11,847 nt of DNA, taken from contig JBIKWF010000124.1 of NCBI GenBank assembly GCA_044356455.1, forward strand, positions 1 through 11,847, in the 5' to 3' direction. The stretch is from Bdellovibrionota bacterium. GTDB lineage: Bacteria > Bdellovibrionota_C > UBA2361 > JBGSMV01. The notes under the pieces are model-generated. The model was not told the DNA's origin. It ran no database searches and worked only from the letters and a program-made list of their open reading frames with translations. Of the stretch, positions 7,006 to 11,847 are shown in pieces; within the stretch, counting starts at the first letter, position 1; each line of letters begins with the position of its first letter. Both the position numbers and the translations under genes were made by a program.

Positions 7006-8637
7006 ATGCAGCATGAACTTAACGCTTCGAGGCTCAATACCTCAGAAGCCCGAAAAGGCAAACCTCTGGCCGTGCCACCTCTTCTAGCCGTAGATCCCTA
7101 CGCACGCCTTCCCGAGGCTTCGGGCTGCGGAGACTCTGAACCAAGAATAGACCGTATTGGGAAACAAGTCGTCGCAACTCAAAAGCTCGCACTCTCTGGG
7201 ACTGTGATTTGCAAAACAGAGGATGTCCCAAGGCCGGACGATAGAATTGGAGCCCGACTAAACAGACTTGCACCAACTTTGACCTCTCGAATAGATTTCG
7301 ACCCAGCTAAGGCAATCTTTATACTTGATTCAGTAGGCAGCGCGGCAGCTCAGCTCACCCTCCAACCAACGCCCCCGACAACTCGAATATCTCCGTACGA
7401 CATTTGTAGCTCCTTAGGTGGCTTTGATGCCAAGAGTGCCGCTCACCAAAACGCCCTGCGAGGCGCGGCGGGAAGTCTATATTCCAGACACCTCGAGAAC
7501 TTAGGCGCGATAGTTGATTGTCCCCCGAAGGGCATAGTTCTCGAAACTGGAGCGGAAGCAGACTACGAAAGGCTAAGGCTTATTGATGCTCACGCCAGAG
7601 AACGCGGAGGAAGGCTAATCTGCCACGACAATGTCCCCGCAGCCGCTTACGCAGCAGCAAAGCACCTGCCGGGCATTCCCTACGTCGCACTCCCTCCGTG
7701 TAGCGCACTCATGGAGGCAGCGCTGAGAAGCCCTGAGTCACCTCTTGTGATTACCGCCAAAAATGTGATCACAGTGATGAACGTTCAGATGCTCGACGAA
7801 CTTTTGCTCACCGCAAAAGGACTTGCGGCGGAAAGACTTCTTATAACTCAGTCCTATACCCCCTATGCCCGAGGCGGACTCTTCCCTTACGGGAGGTCTC
7901 CGATTGAAGAACACTTCCCTTCTTGGATCTCAGATAGAGTGAGAAATGACCACAGAGCTCTCTATACGGCTGCCCCGGCAAGCGCCTGGATCGTGCCAGA
8001 AATAGCCCGCTCCATCTACTACACGGCGATGCTTGAGCTCGAACTTGACTATCTGACGCAGCGCGCCCTCGATAGCCGGGTATTCTCTACGCGCCGCGTA
8101 TTTACAGAGTGCGTACAATTAGACCTGCAGGGAGCGGCAGCATCGGCATTCCTCTCCGGCCAAGGAGATAAACGCTTTGGTCCCCTCTGGGAAAGCGGGG
8201 CAATTGATACCATTTCAGTGGGACCTTACTTAAGCGGTGTCATTCCAAGTAGAGAGAACCAAGTTCCTAAGGGGCACCTAAGGGTAAGAAGCATGCAGCT
8301 CCATGTTGAGTTCTCCAAAAACGGAGCAAAAGATATCCCTGCTCCGCTCGCTGCCGAGTCTCGGATTGATGGCATTCATGATCAGGATGGCTTTTGTCTC
8401 CCAAGGCAAGCTCGCGCATTCCATCCCTCCTTCGGTCAGATTCTGCAGTGCCTCGCGCCGAGCGATTTCCCCTTCGCTAAAAATCCAGAGACCCTAGACA
8501 GTTGCTTCAAAGCAGCTGGTGAGTTGACGGTGCGCTACCTCTTCGAGGAGTTGGCTCCTCAAAAAGAGAACTGGCTAATTGCAACATGCCTGACTCCCGA
8601 GCACTTGCCACGCTGGAAGCGCTGGTTGCAGGGATAG
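7006..8637 (+). CDS. Hypothetical protein (543 aa), possibly with a divergent class I SAM-dependent methyltransferase-like Rossmann core
   Basis: Long ORF, with GGGGG about 10 nt upstream of the ATG. The central beta/alpha pattern is GIVLETGAEAD / LICHD / LVITAKNVI / LLITQ. The CDS is well supported; the fold call is tentative. Confidence 0.75.
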   Translation: MQHELNASRLNTSEARKGKPLAVPPLLAVDPYARLPEASGCGDSEPRIDRIGKQVVATQKLALSGTVICKTEDVPRPDDRIGARLNRLAPTLTSRIDFDPAKAIFILDSVGSAAAQLTLQPTPPTTRISPYDICSSLGGFDAKSAAHQNALRGAAGSLYSRHLENLGAIVDCPPKGIVLETGAEADYERLRLIDAHARERGGRLICHDNVPAAAYAAAKHLPGIPYVALPPCSALMEAALRSPESPLVITAKNVITVMNVQMLDELLLTAKGLAAERLLITQSYTPYARGGLFPYGRSPIEEHFPSWISDRVRNDHRALYTAAPASAWIVPEIARSIYYTAMLELELDYLTQRALDSRVFSTRRVFTECVQLDLQGAAASAFLSGQGDKRFGPLWESGAIDTISVGPYLSGVIPSRENQVPKGHLRVRSMQLHVEFSKNGAKDIPAPLAAESRIDGIHDQDGFCLPRQARAFHPSFGQILQCLAPSDFPFAKNPETLDSCFKAAGELTVRYLFEELAPQKENWLIATCLTPEHLPRWKRWLQG

Positions 8638-8654
8638 AACTGGATCCAGCGCTC

Positions 8655-9131
8655 TTACATTTCCATGTAAGGCATTGCGGGAGCTTTACCCCTCATGCGC
8701 GAATAGACCGAGAGAGCCCCGCGGTGATGCGCGGTGTGCTCACTGATACTCCAGAAAGCCACGCTGCGAGGCTCCCCGCCCATAATGGGCCCAGCTGGTA
8801 GAGAAGTGGCAAGCGACTCATCTGTCTCTATGCTGAGCTGCTTAAGGGCTCGCATGAACGCCTCTGAGACCTTTCCTCGCATAGCCGCCACCGACGTCAT
8901 CTGTTTCATCTCTTCAGCGTGCTTTGCAAAATCCATATCAAAACCGTTAGGGTTCGTGGCACCATCAAGCAGCCAATGAATGGTCGAAGCTACATGCCCG
9001 AATTGCTGCGCAACACTCATGGAATCGGGACTTGGCTTGTAACTTGAATCTGACTCGTCAAGAACTCGCGTTGACCTCTCGAAATACTCCTGTGCGCCCT
9101 GAATCTCTTTAATTAGCTGTGTCCGGTTCAT
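8655..9131 (-). CDS. DinB/YfiT-family four-helix-bundle protein (putative metal-binding His triad)
   Basis: 158 aa with 'YKPSPDSMSVAQQFGHVA' and 'EHTAHHRGALSVYSRMRGKAPAMPY', the typical H...HxxHH(R)G DinB signature. Strong SD GGAGGA 4 nt before the ATG. Confidence 0.92.
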   Translation of the reverse strand: MNRTQLIKEIQGAQEYFERSTRVLDESDSSYKPSPDSMSVAQQFGHVASTIHWLLDGATNPNGFDMDFAKHAEEMKQMTSVAAMRGKVSEAFMRALKQLSIETDESLATSLPAGPIMGGEPRSVAFWSISEHTAHHRGALSVYSRMRGKAPAMPYMEM

Positions 9132-10039
9132 TCAATCCTCCATCCTAATGTGCGCCGTGGCTTAGGTAGGCTGATCGCGGCACCCACCAAAGAAATGCCA
9201 AACGCCACCCCCTCGAGAACTCATGTTCTCTTCCTATTCTCTCGGTTGAATTGCCCAAGCAATAACGATTCTATTACTCTACCAGCCCTGAGCAGACGAG
9301 GCACCAGATTTTTGCCCAGGCCCTGAAGACGGCCCGCAGCGAAACCACGCAACATGTTGCACTCTTCAGCTGAAAAGCGCGGTCAACTTACCCATTCACA
9401 TGATGGGACGCTCTAAATTGGACACCCAAACTTTACGCTCCTTCGAGGCTCCCCCAGACTAAGACTCCGGCATCTCTCAAACACTTTCTCCTGAAAAGAG
9501 AGGGATAAACTAAGGCCTTTCCCACTTGCGAGAAGACGTGAACCTAGACGTGCGCCTGTCATGGCCGATAGCTCCGAATAAAGCTTGGCGTGTGCCCGTA
9601 GAACTTTAAACATTCATTTTGGACACAATCCGCGGATAGGCTGCCCCGCTGCCACCACGACATGAAGTGGCAGAGATTTTACAAGGAACAGACTCCGGTT
9701 CGCTTTTATTAGGAGTTTTTGGGGGAAAGTTGCTTGGAGAAGAGAGAAATTACGGGGATCCGATTAAGTCCCCAACGTGACAAGTACAACACCGAGAGAG
9801 AGCCATGCGAGGTCCCAGAGCAATTGCCTTCGAGGAGGTGTCTCGCGAGCTAAACTCATAACTGCTTTATGTGGTTTCGTTTTTTGCGGTTGATGGTGCC
9901 CTTGCCTCGTACTTTGCAATTCCCATTGAAGAACCGCTAGCCCTGGTAATCGGACTCTCGCCCAGTCTTAGGCTACCTCTTGACACGTCACAGTCATAAC
10001 CTCGAAAGTATATTGGGGGGCTTTTAATGGATACGCGTC

Positions 10040-10693
10040 ATGAGCATCAGATCCATGAGCCTAAAGCCGGGGGGCCGCTCCCCTTCCATAGTCACGCCAG
10101 ATTCTAAAGTCACATCAGACGCACCAATCGATCTCAATTCCCCGATCCGCGTGGGCGGGATCATAATCGGTAGAGAGCCAAGCCTCTGGTATGAAAAGTA
10201 CGCACCATTAGTTAAGTTTATCGTCTCCAAGTATGTTCGGAATCGTGCGGACCAGGAGGAACTATGTCAGGACTCCTGGATCCGAATCATGAAATCCCTC
10301 GACCACTACGACCCATCGAAGAGTCAGCCTCACGCGTGGGTAGCAAAACTCACCCGATGCACCGTTATTGACAAGCATAGACGCCGAAAGGCTCGCATCG
10401 AACCAATCAGTCTACAAGATACTCGGAACGAATCCGCGCCTTTTGGTGAGCTGAAGACTCCCTCCGTTGGGGGCGCGGGAGGCCGCTTAGAGGAGCTCAT
10501 CGCCGGGGAAGACGCATCTCGCACCATCGACGACTTTTCATCAATAAGGCCAGAACAAGCGGAAACACTGAGACTCGTCTATAAGGATGGGCTCACTATG
10601 GCCGAAGCGAGCGAGGCAACTGGAAAACCTCTTGGAACCACCAAATCACTTGTTTCGCGCGGGCTCGCACGTCTTAGGAGAACCGCAAAGTGA
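10040..10693 (+). CDS. ECF (group 4) sigma-70 family RNA polymerase sigma factor
   Basis: Region 2: 'YEKYAPLVKFIVSKYVRNRADQEELCQDSWIRIMKSLDHYDPSKSQPHAWVAKLTRCTVIDKHRRR'. Region 4: 'IRPEQAETLRLVYKDGLTMAEASEATGKPLGTTKSLVSRGLARLR'. No region 3. The start could also be ATG10055 or GTG10151. Confidence 0.93.
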   Translation: MSIRSMSLKPGGRSPSIVTPDSKVTSDAPIDLNSPIRVGGIIIGREPSLWYEKYAPLVKFIVSKYVRNRADQEELCQDSWIRIMKSLDHYDPSKSQPHAWVAKLTRCTVIDKHRRRKARIEPISLQDTRNESAPFGELKTPSVGGAGGRLEELIAGEDASRTIDDFSSIRPEQAETLRLVYKDGLTMAEASEATGKPLGTTKSLVSRGLARLRRTAK

Positions 10694-10804
10694 GGCGATG
10701 AAAGAAGCACCCACGCGAAGTCTACAACCTTAATCCTGTCTTAACAGAGAAGCAGCAGCTCGAAAGTGTAAGTGAGGCCACTATGGGAAGTACTGAGGAA
10801 GCTC

Positions 10805-11836
10805 CTAAGTCATCTGTAGTGACTCACGCATATGATCAACAAAAGCGCGCACCCCTATAGCGCGAAGAATCAGATATTGACGTGTAGACAGAGCACTATG
10901 CGCCGCCTCACAGGCCTCCGTCGGCTTTGCTCCCCAAAACTTTTCCCATAAGCCAGTGGGTTTGGCCTCTGCTAAATTGACTTGGGCCTCTTGAAAAAGG
11001 TCACGCGCGAAAAGATGAGTAATGCGAGTTGAAACATCGAGATTGGTTACAAGCTCGTTAAGCATGCTTGCGGTCATTTTAAAAGGGCACCGCTGCAACT
11101 CGTTCACAAGCTCCCGAGCTCGTTTCGTACAGCGGTCCGCGTGCTCAATCACACTTTCCGGCGATACACTGTGCTCACCAAGCTCCTTCCAATCACCGCG
11201 CTTGATTGAGTCCACTAAGTTCACCGTTACCTCAATCTTAAGCTCTACCTGTCTATCTTGAGAACGCCTAAGTCGGTGTAACATTTCCGGGTATCGCTCA
11301 AGCCCCCGCCCGAGGCGGTCAAGATATGCATCAAGTAACTCGAGCTTCTCCTCGATTGGCTTCGGAATTACTTTAATCGGAAAAATGTTAGCTCTCTCCA
11401 ACTCGCGCCGAAGGAACTCGAGTCGGAGCCTGTCTCCGTTTGAAGGACAAGAAAGCGTCTCGGAGCTTATCCCCTTATCTTGAAGCGCGCTCACCAAAGA
11501 GCGCTGCTCTTGCCCCGTTACCGCTCCAAGGTAGGTGGAAAGGTCGTAACCATACGCCGCTCTCATAGCCAAGATAGCTTCATCAAGCTCGGCCGCCGTT
11601 GCAACATCGATAAGTCTTAGAACCGAGACAGTGTCCCCCTTGATAGGAGCATCACGCGAAACAACCTCAGACCCTACAATCGCCTGGTGAAAAGCGCGCG
11701 CAAGAAAGTTTGAAGACGCCGGAAATGGATTAGCACCACCCGGGGCAGCGTTAGAAGGAGAAGAATTCGGAAGAGAGCCCCCGCGCCTCTCACTTGAGAG
11801 AGGAGCTTGAGAGCAATGTGAAGAAGATGGAGTCAT
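10805..11836 (-). CDS. Hypothetical protein with a Ser/Pro/Gly-rich disordered N-terminus and an alpha-helical / coiled-coil body
   Basis: 343-aa ORF rich in Leu/Glu/Arg with heptad-like helices. The frame is open to the window edge, so the true start may lie upstream of 11836. Confidence 0.75.
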   Translation of the reverse strand: MTPSSSHCSQAPLSSERRGGSLPNSSPSNAAPGGANPFPASSNFLARAFHQAIVGSEVVSRDAPIKGDTVSVLRLIDVATAAELDEAILAMRAAYGYDLSTYLGAVTGQEQRSLVSALQDKGISSETLSCPSNGDRLRLEFLRRELERANIFPIKVIPKPIEEKLELLDAYLDRLGRGLERYPEMLHRLRRSQDRQVELKIEVTVNLVDSIKRGDWKELGEHSVSPESVIEHADRCTKRARELVNELQRCPFKMTASMLNELVTNLDVSTRITHLFARDLFQEAQVNLAEAKPTGLWEKFWGAKPTEACEAAHSALSTRQYLILRAIGVRAFVDHMRESLQMT

Positions 11837-11847
11837 CCTAACAGTAG

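Noticed and set aside
8638..8654. Palindrome CTGGATCCAG (8640-8649) between convergent genes as a terminator
   Set aside because: It is too short to form a stable stem-loop and has no U-tract. No intrinsic terminator was evident at the other convergent junctions either.
9323..9365. Hammerhead-ribozyme-like core CUGAAGA...CGAAAC
   Set aside because: Stem II would be only ~2 bp, and I found no compatible stem III / UH cleavage site / stem I pairing on either side.
9238..9879. Long-range 9-bp inverted repeats (9238-9246 with 9791-9799; 9340-9348 with 9871-9879) as MITE ends or RNA pairings
   Set aside because: One or two such matches are expected by chance in 900 bp. They are not nested and have no target-site duplication.
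9980..10014. Perfect TTGACA upstream of the sigma gene as a sigma70 promoter
   Set aside because: No -10-like hexamer at 16-18 bp spacing; TATATT is 23 bp away. The overlapping TGAC-AC-GTCA dyad is too short to call.
10698..10733. Tiny ORF after the sigma gene as an anti-sigma remnant
   Set aside because: Only 11 codons, with no ZAS (HxxxCxxC) motif or TM segment in the following sequence.
602..11261. Short alternative-frame and antisense ORFs in the ORF track (e.g. 602..880, 1349..1744, 3898..4236, 5528..5908, 8734..8979, 10024..10230, 11022..11261)
   Set aside because: They overlap longer, better-supported CDSs and carry no recognisable motifs, so they are most likely shadow ORFs.
10040..11836. 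RNA-guided sigma system (ECF sigma plus nuclease-dead Cas12f/TnpB)
   Set aside because: No neighbouring ORF shows RuvC, zinc-finger or other TnpB/Cas12f features, and there is no CRISPR-like repeat.

Overview
Gene-dense bacterial accessory region of roughly balanced GC (by eye), lineage not determinable from sequence alone. It has 11 credible CDSs. These are a 5'-truncated Pro/Ser-rich orphan, a DMT/EamA transporter, two paralogous internally duplicated (2x HTH+RAM) Lrp/AsnC regulators, a 3-TM membrane protein, a SLOG-family (cpYpsA / 'putative molybdenum carrier') protein, a HEAT-like helical orphan, a 543-aa orphan with a possible degenerate class I methyltransferase core, a DinB-family protein, an ECF sigma factor with no adjacent anti-sigma gene, and a helical orphan. 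I found no rRNA, tRNA, CRISPR array or mobile element. The most interesting sequence-level signal is the ~115-bp divergent DMT/Lrp intergenic region. It contains a symmetric, probably bidirectional -10 element, a hairpin burying the DMT start codon, an in-frame Arg/Lys-rich uORF running through that hairpin, and a Tyr/Leu-rich uORF coupled to the Lrp start. Also notable are a repeated 'membrane gene divergent from double-Lrp' architecture, several orphans with disordered Ser/Pro-rich segments, and an unexplained ~900-bp non-coding gap upstream of the ECF sigma. All family calls come from motif recognition by eye, not database searches.
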